From positions 325,190 through 389,189 of the forward strand of contig CAZOMY010000001.1 in the NCBI GenBank assembly GCA_964581115.1: DNA of 64,000 nt, given 5' to 3'. Origin of the DNA: an uncultured Ignavibacteriaceae bacterium (GTDB taxonomy: Bacteria; Bacteroidota; Ignavibacteria; UBA10030). The position numbers were made by a program, and so were the translations under genes. This document shows, piece after piece, positions 56,373 through 64,000 of this stretch (positions are counted from its first letter, which is position 1; every line of letters starts with the position of its first letter). Below the pieces are notes generated by a model. It was given only the letters and a program-made list of their open reading frames with translations. It did no database searches and was not told where the DNA came from.

Positions 56373-58631
56373 CTACATCCTCCAGCGCACTCCGCCATAC
56401 ATCATCCGCCCCTGCACCGGTCCCCAGATGATCGAACTGTCGAAGTAAGGACTGGATGGATCGGCGGCCGAGATGATCGGATCACCCTGCCGGAAGTCCA
56501 GGAGATTCTCGACGCCCACATACAGATCCAGGTTCAGCAACAGCGTTCGGGTCACCTGACCATTGACCAGGAAGTAGGAAGGCGATGACGAGGGCCGGCG
56601 ATACGGCAGCGGACTCGCCGACGTCTCCGGCAGCCGCTTCGGTCCGAACCACGAGACCGTCAGGTCGTAGGCCATACGTCCGGAACCGTCGTCGTCAGGT
56701 TGCGTGGTGTAGGCCAGATTGACGAACGCCCGATGTTTCGCCACGTACGGCCGATCGCGAAGCTGGCCGTCGATCGTCTGCCGCACGTCCAGAAAGCGGT
56801 ACGCGGTGCGCACTTCGAACCGCTCCAACGGCTGGATGTTCAATTCGGCCTGTGCGCTATTCGAGAACGAAGAACCCGTCAGCGGCTGGAAGACGACCAT
56901 GCGCGCATCGCGGTCGAGATTCACGACCAGTTGATCGTCAAACGTCGTCCGATGCAGGTCGATCGTGAACGTCCCTTCGCGGCCATTCACCGTCACATAG
57001 CGCGTGGCGCTGAGGCCGATATTCCAGCCCGTCTCTCGATGGTACGCCATGCCCGGAGCCATTCCTTCGAGCGCCGGCGTCCGGGAACTCGCAAACAACG
57101 CGATGTTCTCCGCATAGATGTTCGCCGTCCTCTGACCCCGCCCCGCCGATAGGCGAAGCGTCCAATTGATGTCGGGCGCATAGCGCACATGCAGACGCGG
57201 GGAGATGAACGAGCCGAACAGATTGTGCCGGTCGCCACGCAGACCCGCAACGACCGAAAGGTCCTCGCCATGCGAGTAGGTGTACTCGACGAAGGCACCG
57301 GGCACCCGTTCGATCCGTGCATGGTCGGATCCGAACACCCGCTCATCGTAGTCATCCACAAGCAGACTAAGGCCGCCTCGCACCCGCTGGACGCCGGGTT
57401 CGATCTCCGCGTCGTAGAGCAGATTCAGGTATCCCGTCCGTTCTCTCCCGGAATACTCGCGGTGCTGGAGCGAAGTGGAGGTCCGATGATCCGCGGTGGA
57501 CCACTGAAGTCCGATGCTTCGCCCTTCGCCCTCGAAGACGTAGCCGGTCTTGCCGGAGATCCGCAATTGGCTTCCCCGCATACGATAGCGATACTGCAGC
57601 GGATCGGCCCCAAGCGCCAGATGGTCCAGATCGATCCCATGCATGGTGCCATTGCGCTTCTCATCAGATGTGTACTGCACGATCATCTGGCCCTCGACAC
57701 CCTCGAAGTCGTGCAGAGAGAATCGCTGCAGGACATGCGCCGCAGTACCGATCGGGGCGTCCAGAAACCGGTCGCCGTTTCGGTCCATCGACACGCGGCG
57801 AGTGTCCATGTTCACCATGGTCAGCGAAGACAGGTGCTCGCTGATCGGAGTCCGGAGGTTTCCGTTCAGCTCGAATCGTTGGTCATCGGTGCCGAACATC
57901 GTCAGGTAGACGCGCTGCTCGGCCTCGTTCCACGGTTTCCGGTACTCGACGTTGATCTGCCCGGTGATCGATTCGTAGCCGTTGGCCACCGAACCGACCC
58001 CCTTCGACACCTGGATGTTCTCGATCCAAGAGCCCGGGATGTACGTGAGGCCCACGTTGGAGGCAAGCCCCCGCACCGCCGGCATGTTCTCCAGCGTGAT
58101 CTGCGAATAGGTTCCGGCAAGTCCAAGCATCTCGATCTGCCGGGTTCCGGTGACGGCGTCGGTGAACGAGACATCGACCGACGGGTTCGTCTCGAAGCTC
58201 TCGGAGAGATTGCAGCAGGCCGCCTTGAAGAGCTCCTTCTCCGTCATCACGACCGTATTCGTCGTCGCCCGGTATTCTATGAAACTGGGCGCCCGTTGTC
58301 CGACGACGTTGACGGCATCGACCTCCGTCGCCTCGGAGACAAGCGTGATCCGCAGGACGCGCGGCTCGGCCACGGTCAGCGTGTCGGGCCTGAACCCGAC
58401 GCTGCTGATGACCAGCCGACCGCCGCCATCTTGGAATGCCAACTCAAACCGTCCCGCCGTATCGACCATCGTCCCGACCCGCGAACCGAGCCAGTAGACC
58501 GACGCGCCGACAACCGGGCGGAGTTGCCCCTCCTCGGTCCGTTCCACCACTCTCCCCTGCACGATCCCTGTCGATTGGGCGAAGAGCAGCGCGGGCACGA
58601 GGAGAGCGCTGAACAACCATGCGCTTCTCAT
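56373..58631 (-). CDS. TonB-dependent receptor (CarboxypepD_reg N-domain, plug, barrel)
   Basis: 752 aa. The signal peptide is MRSAWLFSALLVPALLFAQS. It is followed by GIVQGRVVERTEEGQLRPVVGASVYWLG, a plug domain (DAVNVVGQRAPS) and a barrel. The ATG was verified. Confidence 0.88.
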   Translation of the reverse strand: MRSAWLFSALLVPALLFAQSTGIVQGRVVERTEEGQLRPVVGASVYWLGSRVGTMVDTAGRFELAFQDGGGRLVISSVGFRPDTLTVAEPRVLRITLVSEATEVDAVNVVGQRAPSFIEYRATTNTVVMTEKELFKAACCNLSESFETNPSVDVSFTDAVTGTRQIEMLGLAGTYSQITLENMPAVRGLASNVGLTYIPGSWIENIQVSKGVGSVANGYESITGQINVEYRKPWNEAEQRVYLTMFGTDDQRFELNGNLRTPISEHLSSLTMVNMDTRRVSMDRNGDRFLDAPIGTAAHVLQRFSLHDFEGVEGQMIVQYTSDEKRNGTMHGIDLDHLALGADPLQYRYRMRGSQLRISGKTGYVFEGEGRSIGLQWSTADHRTSTSLQHREYSGRERTGYLNLLYDAEIEPGVQRVRGGLSLLVDDYDERVFGSDHARIERVPGAFVEYTYSHGEDLSVVAGLRGDRHNLFGSFISPRLHVRYAPDINWTLRLSAGRGQRTANIYAENIALFASSRTPALEGMAPGMAYHRETGWNIGLSATRYVTVNGREGTFTIDLHRTTFDDQLVVNLDRDARMVVFQPLTGSSFSNSAQAELNIQPLERFEVRTAYRFLDVRQTIDGQLRDRPYVAKHRAFVNLAYTTQPDDDGSGRMAYDLTVSWFGPKRLPETSASPLPYRRPSSSPSYFLVNGQVTRTLLLNLDLYVGVENLLDFRQGDPIISAADPSSPYFDSSIIWGPVQGRMMYGGVRWRM

Positions 58632-58643
58632 GACCGTCGCTCC

Positions 58644-59003
58644 TTAGTGGGTGGAATCGTTGTCGCGATAGAGGCAGCACCCCGGCAACGCGTCATAGAC
58701 CGAGTCCGGGGCCGAGAATTTCGGCGTGTCGTGTCCGACGGCGGCCAGCCGTTGTTGCAGCGAATCGACGGTGATGGCCGACGGACGATACGAAACGGTG
58801 AGCATCTTGGTCTGTTTGTTCCAAGAGGCCTTGTCGACCTCCTTGATCTTCATCGTCTTCTCGATGCGGTTCTTGCACATATTGCAGTTGCCGAAGACTT
58901 TGAAGGATGTTTCGACGACCTTCGTCTCCTGGGCAGCAACGACGAACGAGGCAACGAGCAGGGCGACAGTGACAGAAAGGATCGTTCGCATGATATTCCT
59001 CAT
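58644..59003 (-). CDS. Secreted heavy-metal-associated (HMA) domain protein
   Basis: A signal peptide is followed by an HMA-like fold, FKVFGNCNMCKNRIEKTMKIKEVDKASWNKQTKMLTVSY (a ferredoxin-like metal-binding domain with a C..C pair). A C-terminal GCC cysteine pair follows. ATGs at 59003 and 58991 were both verified as possible starts. Confidence 0.6.
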   Translation of the reverse strand: MRNIMRTILSVTVALLVASFVVAAQETKVVETSFKVFGNCNMCKNRIEKTMKIKEVDKASWNKQTKMLTVSYRPSAITVDSLQQRLAAVGHDTPKFSAPDSVYDALPGCCLYRDNDSTH

Positions 59004-59081
59004 GTTGAGTTTGATCGTTTGAGAATAGCACAACGCGACACCGTGCGGACGCACGCTGCCCTCAGACACGATCGGGACGAC

Positions 59082-59462
59082 TCAATTGAGGAACGAGCAG
59101 AAGAGAATGGTGGCCGGTACGGCCCGTGGGGGCGGAGAATCGGCTTGGGTGAGGGAGACGAGCGCCGGTTCGATGGCTGGCGCCTTGTCGACGAACGGGT
59201 AGACGACGTGCGAGGCCTCCAGCGTCACCTTGGGAGCGACGGCTGAGGCGAGTTGACCGTCATCCAACTGAAAGGTGGCAAGGTCAACCGTGCAGCAGCG
59301 GTCGGCTGGGTCCATAAGGTCAGCGCAGCCGCATGGATCTTCCTGGGTGACCGGCGCAAAATTGGCGTCCGTCGTCCCGCCGCATGAATGATGCAGGACG
59401 TTGACACCGATCGCCAGCCCTAGATAGATGGCCAAGAACGCTATGGAGAAGACTCGCCGCAC
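59082..59462 (-). CDS. Small Cys/His-rich membrane-anchored hypothetical protein
   Basis: 126 aa. An N-terminal TM (IAFLAIYLGLAIGVNVL) is followed by HHSCGG...CGCAD...DRCC. The start is GTG at 59462. It is the first gene of the operon with the HMA protein and the TonB receptor. It is weakly supported as a real gene. Confidence 0.4.
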   Translation of the reverse strand: MRRVFSIAFLAIYLGLAIGVNVLHHSCGGTTDANFAPVTQEDPCGCADLMDPADRCCTVDLATFQLDDGQLASAVAPKVTLEASHVVYPFVDKAPAIEPALVSLTQADSPPPRAVPATILFCSFLN

Positions 59463-59667
59463 GGATGTAATGTACGTGCCACTGGCGAAGGATGCAATGA
59501 ATGCAGAACTTGCGCGCCTGGCGTTGAGTTCCTTCGGCCCCCAACGCAGAAGCCCCCGGGGGTTCCCGAGAGCTTCATTTTACATCTTTCGTCTTGAATC
59601 GTACATCTTCTCACGGAAATGTTGTTTGCTGCTTCGCAGCATTGGTATAGGGCCTCCGGCTATCTTT

Positions 59668-59730
59668 CATCTTACATCTTACATCTTACATCTTACATCT
59701 TACATCTCACATCTTACATCTTACATTTCT
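59668..59730. repeat. Heptanucleotide microsatellite (CATCTTA)n, about 8 copies with one CATCTCA variant
   Basis: Direct reading of the sequence: catcttacatcttacatcttacatcttacatcttacatctcacatcttacatcttacatttct. The repeat lies in the intergenic region between the BNR/T9SS gene end and the Cys-rich/HMA/TonB operon start. Confidence 0.9.
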
Positions 59731-59734
59731 CCCG

Positions 59735-62700
59735 CTATTTCATCAGAACCATCTTGTTCGTCCTGACAAACCTCACCCCATCCGCTCCGACCGCTTCGAT
59801 CCGGAAGATGTAGAGCCCCGACGCCATGCCCGATGCATCCCAGCGAATTTGATGCTGACCAGCGCTCAACGAACCGTTCACCAACGTCGCCACCTCGCGT
59901 CCCAGCTGGTCGTAGATCTTCAGGCTGACACGTCCCTCCAGTGGCAAGGAAAATCGGATCGTCGTTGAGGGATTGAACGGGTTGGGGTAGTTATGTGCCA
60001 ATTCGAAGTCCGTCGGTTGTGAGTGGTCGACCTGCTCCACCGACGTCACTCGATCGAGCTGGCGAGCATAGAGATCAGCTCCGTAGACACCATAGATCAC
60101 ATTGCCCGAGATCCGCAGGTCCGAGGCTCCGAACAGCGGAAGCCCTTCCCTGACATCGGTCCACGTGACCCCCTTGTTGTTTGTCCGCCAGGTCCCGTAG
60201 CGGTTCGACACGATGACGGCGTTATCACTGATGGCCATCGCCTTGACCGTTTCATACTGTATGCCCTCCCCGCGCTCCATCCAAGATTGACCGCCGTCCG
60301 TTGAGACATAGAATCCCCCAGAGCCCGAGAAAACGCCTTTTGAGCCGAATGCACCGACATAGATCGTGTCGGCACGGACGATGATCCCACCCCAAGCGGT
60401 CGTGGGGCCAGCACTCACGGCAAGTCCTGTCCAGCCTGTTTCACCAGGTGTCCAGCGGTAAACGCCGGATAGATACGCAAACAACGTCGAACCCGAAAGT
60501 GTCACGGCCTTGGCATCTCCGGTCGCGATACCATCGCTTGGGGTGGCTCCCCAAGTTAAACCGAGGTCGGTGGAACGTCGCACACCTCCTCCAACGGTCC
60601 CTGCCAGGACCGTTGAACCCGACACGGCCAGGTCGTTGACGTCGGCGTTGATGCCGTAGGTTTTCTCTTCCCACGTGACGCCGGCATCGCTCGAACGATA
60701 CACGCCAGAACTGGCTGTACCGACGAACCAGATCCCGCCCCCGGTCTCGACGTCCCTCACGACACGAGAGAAGCTACCGATCGATCCTTGATTTGTCAGA
60801 GCCCATGAGCCTCCACCATTTGTCGAACGGAACACTCCAAAGCCATCACTGCCGACCAAGATCGTCGAACCGTCGACCGACATTTTCGTGAGCTTGAGCG
60901 CTCTCAATCCCCTCGAAGAACGGCTCCAAGATGCTCCTCCGTCCGTCGAACGATAGACCCCACCGCGCTCCACTCCGCTCGTGGCCGCGTACCATATGCC
61001 GTCCTTCGATGTCAGTTGCTGGACATACTTGTCGACCAATCCCGCATCTGACTTCACCCATGTCGCCCCGTCATCCGTTGACCGAAAGACTCCCGAAGCC
61101 TCATAGCCGAGCAGGTACGATATTCCGTTCGACCGCAGATCGTTGACCGTCGCCCCTGACGCACCTGTACTGTTCTGCCAGCTTGATCCACCATCGGTGG
61201 AGTACTTTGGCGAGGAATCGCCTCTCACGAAAGTTGTCCCGTTCGATGCCAGGAATTTCACGGAGCTGGTTCCCACGCTCGTCACCTGCACCCACATCGA
61301 TGAGCCGGCTGACAATTGGTAGAGCCCGAATGCCGTGCCTGCAAAGATTTCTTGGCCGTACTTTGCGAGGGTGTAGACGATGTTCGCCGATCCGGCGGGG
61401 ATTCCGGTCGAGAATCCCGTCCAACTCGAGCCACCAGATATGCTGCGAAAGATGCCATTGCTCGTCGCAAGATAGATCGTATCGCCCGATGCCACCATGG
61501 CGTTGATGCCGGATGCCGTGATACCACTGTTCACCGACGTCCACGTCTCGCCATGGTCCGTCGAGCGGGCCAATGCATTCGACGTCGTCGAACCATGATA
61601 GAGATGGCTGTTGACGACGAAGAGCTTTCCCGGATACGTGATCGGGCCCTTCGGCAGGAGCTGCCACGATGCCCCTGCGTCGGTCGACCGATACAGGCCC
61701 CGCCACGTCGTTGCCACGACGGCCGACGCTGTGGAAACGATCCCGTCGATCTCGCCGGCATCCGGTCCCGCGATCAAGGTCCACGAAGTACCGGCAACGG
61801 GAGGCCCTGACGTTCCTCCACCATCACCAGTCTCTCCCCCTCCCGATCCAATGGCCTGGAAGCTGAACGTTGTGGAATAAGGGGAGAGAATCACGCCTTC
61901 TTTCGCCCGAACGCGCCAGTAGTAGGTCTCTCCGGCCGTGAAGGGCCCGAAGGATACCGTTCCGGAATTTCCCGGCCGATTTGTGTCAGCAAAGACCACG
62001 TTCTGGAACAGGGAATCACGCGCCACTTGGATCTCAAATCTTGTCGAGAGCAAGGAGCCAGGTGTCCAGTTGAAGGTCACGGATGCCGCTCCCGCCGTAT
62101 CGCCGTTCAGCGGACGAACCAGATTCGGTCGCGGGTAGAGGTACTCGTATACAACTCCCACAGGTGTTGTGGTACCCGACACGGTCTCTGTGCCGTTCGA
62201 GAGCATCCAGGCTTCCGTCGGTCCAGCGAAGGCGAGGGCGCGTGGAGCGAAGTTGTTTGGAGCGAGACTCATCTGATACCAGGTGCGACCAAAATCCATC
62301 GTTCGGTAGATCCGGGAGCCAATGGCCACACCAAGGCCGACGGACGAGAACGAGACCGCCGTCAGGTTGGTGGACGTGCTGTTGAGAGTCGCGGGCTGCC
62401 ACGATACCCCGCCATCGGTCGTTCTTAGGATCCTCCCCGAAGATGTGAGCACGATGCCGGAATCGGGATCGAGCACATGCACATCCGTGATATGGCCGGG
62501 AGTTGGCAACCGGGTCGTGCTCCAATTCGCTCCGCCGTCGGTTGTTCGGAGGATGATCGAAGTGTCGTTCAGCGACTGATCCGTAAGCCACACGTGCTGA
62601 TGATCGAATACGCTGACCCGGTAGGTTCGTGATCCCTGTGGCACCGACACGGCATCCCATGATGCACCCGCATTGGTGCTGCGATACAGGTATCCGATCG

Positions 62701-63157
62701 GCAATTGACTCGTACCGCCGTACCCCACGGCGAAGGCCACCGATGAGCTCGCACGGCTGAATTCGAGGTCGGTGATATTCATGATCTCCGCCTGAGTGCC
62801 CGCCGACCACGACTGACCACCGTTCGTCGAACGAAGGAATTTGGCCGTTCCATCCTGGAAGGCTATCAGGGTCCCTGGAGCCGCAGGATGCGATGCCACG
62901 GCGTTCCCTTGAGACAGACCTGTCAGGTTCTCGAATCCGGCACCGATCATCCAAGGAGGGTCCATCGGTGTGTTCCGGATCTGGACAGGATACGCAATGC
63001 CCGGCGTCGTTGCTCCGATGATGAGGTTCGTGCGAGCACCCGTAAACTCGATGTCAGAGAATGTGAGTCCATACTCTCTGTGACGTTCGGTGAATTGCGC
63101 CTGTGCAAAGGAGACAAGAAACAGCAGCACGACGAAAAGTTGGATTGTCTTCAGCAT
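59735..63157 (-). CDS. Large secreted BNR/Asp-box repeat protein (sialidase-like/Ycf48-like beta-propellers) with a type-A T9SS C-terminal domain
   Basis: 1140 aa. The signal peptide is MLKTIQLFVVLLFLVSFAQAQ. About 16 Asp-box motifs S/T-x-D/N-x-G-x-S/T-W are present (STNGGQSW, STNAGASW, TTDGGANW, STDAGASW, STDHGETW, STDGGSSW and others). The C-terminus is HNYPNPFNPSTTIRF...GLYIFRIEAVGADGVRFVRTNKMVLMK. Confidence 0.8.
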   Translation of the reverse strand: MLKTIQLFVVLLFLVSFAQAQFTERHREYGLTFSDIEFTGARTNLIIGATTPGIAYPVQIRNTPMDPPWMIGAGFENLTGLSQGNAVASHPAAPGTLIAFQDGTAKFLRSTNGGQSWSAGTQAEIMNITDLEFSRASSSVAFAVGYGGTSQLPIGYLYRSTNAGASWDAVSVPQGSRTYRVSVFDHQHVWLTDQSLNDTSIILRTTDGGANWSTTRLPTPGHITDVHVLDPDSGIVLTSSGRILRTTDGGVSWQPATLNSTSTNLTAVSFSSVGLGVAIGSRIYRTMDFGRTWYQMSLAPNNFAPRALAFAGPTEAWMLSNGTETVSGTTTPVGVVYEYLYPRPNLVRPLNGDTAGAASVTFNWTPGSLLSTRFEIQVARDSLFQNVVFADTNRPGNSGTVSFGPFTAGETYYWRVRAKEGVILSPYSTTFSFQAIGSGGGETGDGGGTSGPPVAGTSWTLIAGPDAGEIDGIVSTASAVVATTWRGLYRSTDAGASWQLLPKGPITYPGKLFVVNSHLYHGSTTSNALARSTDHGETWTSVNSGITASGINAMVASGDTIYLATSNGIFRSISGGSSWTGFSTGIPAGSANIVYTLAKYGQEIFAGTAFGLYQLSAGSSMWVQVTSVGTSSVKFLASNGTTFVRGDSSPKYSTDGGSSWQNSTGASGATVNDLRSNGISYLLGYEASGVFRSTDDGATWVKSDAGLVDKYVQQLTSKDGIWYAATSGVERGGVYRSTDGGASWSRSSRGLRALKLTKMSVDGSTILVGSDGFGVFRSTNGGGSWALTNQGSIGSFSRVVRDVETGGGIWFVGTASSGVYRSSDAGVTWEEKTYGINADVNDLAVSGSTVLAGTVGGGVRRSTDLGLTWGATPSDGIATGDAKAVTLSGSTLFAYLSGVYRWTPGETGWTGLAVSAGPTTAWGGIIVRADTIYVGAFGSKGVFSGSGGFYVSTDGGQSWMERGEGIQYETVKAMAISDNAVIVSNRYGTWRTNNKGVTWTDVREGLPLFGASDLRISGNVIYGVYGADLYARQLDRVTSVEQVDHSQPTDFELAHNYPNPFNPSTTIRFSLPLEGRVSLKIYDQLGREVATLVNGSLSAGQHQIRWDASGMASGLYIFRIEAVGADGVRFVRTNKMVLMK

Positions 63158-63247
63158 GATCGTTGGGTTCGATACGTTACTTACATATGATGCCGCTTGA
63201 TCGTCGATCTTGCACTACAACATCATATAGTGATGTACTTGTACGCA

Positions 63248-63278
63248 CTGAAGCCCCAGGCGTTCCCGAGGGCTTCAG
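63248..63278 (-). terminator. Stem-loop downstream of the partial T9SS gene; a possible terminator but lacking a U-tract
   Basis: CTGAAGCCC-(13-nt loop)-GGGCTTCAG is a perfect 9-bp stem. No T-run follows on the minus strand. A homologous but degenerate structure lies at about 59549..59576, after the paralog. Confidence 0.3.
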
Positions 63279-63318
63279 TCGCACATCTTTCATCTCCCCT
63301 CTTTCTTCTTTCCTCGGA

Positions 63319-64000
63319 CTACTTCATGAGAACCATCTTATTCGTCCTCACGAACCGAGCGCCATCCGCTCCGACCGCCTCGATGCGGAAGAAGTAGAGC
63401 CCCGATGCCATACCCGAGGCCTCCCAGCGGGCCTCGTGCATCCCCGCGCCCAGCGACCCGTTGACGAGCGTTGACACCTCACGCCCGAGCTGATCGTAGA
63501 TCGTCACGGACACACGGCTTTCCGTGGGCAGTCCGAACCGGATCACCGTCGACGGATTGAACGGATTCGGATAGTTCTGCGCAACATCGAACTCCGCCGG
63601 CACCGCCAGATCCAGTTCGGTGACCGATGTCGTAAAGTTACCCCAGACCGTCCGTGCCTGCTGGGCCGCGGACTGCAGTTGCGTGAGATCATCCGCCGCC
63701 AGGAAGGCGATGCCGAATCTCAACGTATCGCCCGGCGCCAGCGCGAACGGTCCGGCGGTCAGCTGATTGCGCGTGTCGCCAGCACCGACGGGGACCGCCG
63801 GAAAGCTTGTCACATTCGCCGTCGATCGGACAAACTGGTTGTCGTTCCCGATCAAGAAGACGGCATGACCCGCCACCGGATGACTCAACAGGGCAAAGCC
63901 ATAATAGGCGGGGTCCGAACCTCCGCCCTGCTCGAACGCGTACGTCAGACCGCGCGAAGCGTCATAACCACCCAGGTTTGCGCCCGAATTGCCGATGTCG
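63319..64000 (-). CDS. Secreted protein with a type-A T9SS C-terminal domain (paralog of the 59735..63157 CTD); 5' part lies beyond the window
   Basis: The C-terminus QNYPNPFNPSTVIRF...GLYFFRIEAVGADGARFVRTNKMVLMK is near-identical to the neighbouring gene CTD. I translated the minus-strand frame by hand and it remains open with no stop up to 64000 (…DIGNSGANLGGYDASRGLTYAFEQGGGSDPAYYGFALLSHPVAGH…). The gene therefore continues off-window. The track start at 63888 is only a TTG codon. Confidence 0.65.
   Translation of the reverse strand, partial: DIGNSGANLGGYDASRGLTYAFEQGGGSDPAYYGFALLSHPVAGHAVFLIGNDNQFVRSTANVTSFPAVPVGAGDTRNQLTAGPFALAPGDTLRFGIAFLAADDLTQLQSAAQQARTVWGNFTTSVTELDLAVPAEFDVAQNYPNPFNPSTVIRFGLPTESRVSVTIYDQLGREVSTLVNGSLGAGMHEARWEASGMASGLYFFRIEAVGADGARFVRTNKMVLMK

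Noticed and set aside
56331-56373. Possible bidirectional terminator between the convergent OMP and TonB receptor genes (tgccttcgaggca)
   Set aside because: It has only a 5-bp stem with a 3-nt loop and no flanking T/A runs. It is too weak to call.
57189-59246. 685-aa plus-strand ORF spanning the TonB receptor and HMA genes
   Set aside because: It is antisense to two well-supported minus-strand genes and spans their intergenic gap. The translation is low-complexity.
1-64000. Mobile genetic elements, integrases, transposases, tRNA/rRNA genes and prophage content
   Set aside because: No tRNA-like sequence was found in any intergenic gap over 100 bp. No transposase, integrase or recombinase motifs (DDE, tyrosine-recombinase R-H-R-Y) were seen. 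No terminal inverted repeats flank any gene block, apart from the short heptamer elements reported. The region appears chromosomal and stable.

Overview
This 64-kb window is a high-GC (roughly 63-66% by eye), gene-dense bacterial chromosome segment, with about 80% of genes on the minus strand. No rRNA, tRNA, CRISPR array, transposase or integrase was recognisable. 

The first ~20 kb is a housekeeping block. It runs scpA (5'-truncated at the window edge), trpS, an HNH endonuclease, aroC, htrA/degP, recO, mtnA, a PfkB kinase, a Nudix hydrolase, a DmpA peptidase, a TrmH methyltransferase, the methylmalonyl-CoA mutase catalytic subunit, comEC, dtd and prmC. 

The rest is an accessory-looking block for outer-membrane and glycan-utilisation functions. 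It holds a sodium:solute symporter, a GH38 alpha-mannosidase and nanE. It also holds a ROK sugar kinase fused to an uncharacterised ~390-aa N-terminal domain, a hydantoinase/oxoprolinase-family gene flanked by unusual heptamer-built palindromic repeat elements, and a permease plus a FAD oxidoreductase. 

Further on comes a long translationally coupled minus-strand operon. It encodes a T9SS cargo protein, a TonB-dependent transporter, a second cargo with a variant CTD, a PorP/SprF-like beta-barrel and two small OMPs. Beyond it lie two GHL10 (PF02638-like) paralogs, one T9SS-anchored and one fused to a phosphodiester-glycosidase (NAGPA) domain. They flank a ROK transcriptional regulator and a 468-bp lower-GC intergenic region. 

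The last part holds a GH27 alpha-galactosidase with a small secreted partner, a large OMP beta-barrel, and a putative metal-uptake operon (Cys-rich small protein, HMA protein, TonB-dependent receptor). It ends with two tandem BNR/T9SS paralogs whose CTD-coding ends and 3' flanks are near-identical at the DNA level. One 3' flank carries a (CATCTTA)8 microsatellite expansion. 

Several type-A T9SS C-terminal sorting domains (PNPFNP...KMVLxK) suggest a high-GC FCB-group organism with a type IX secretion system, such as Rhodothermota, Gemmatimonadota or a related lineage; this is an inference. 

Because of the high GC content, many long antisense shadow ORFs in the six-frame track are spurious and are not called. 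Some ORF-track starts are GTG or TTG codons written as M. Where an in-frame ATG with a plausible N-terminus exists, I re-picked the start.
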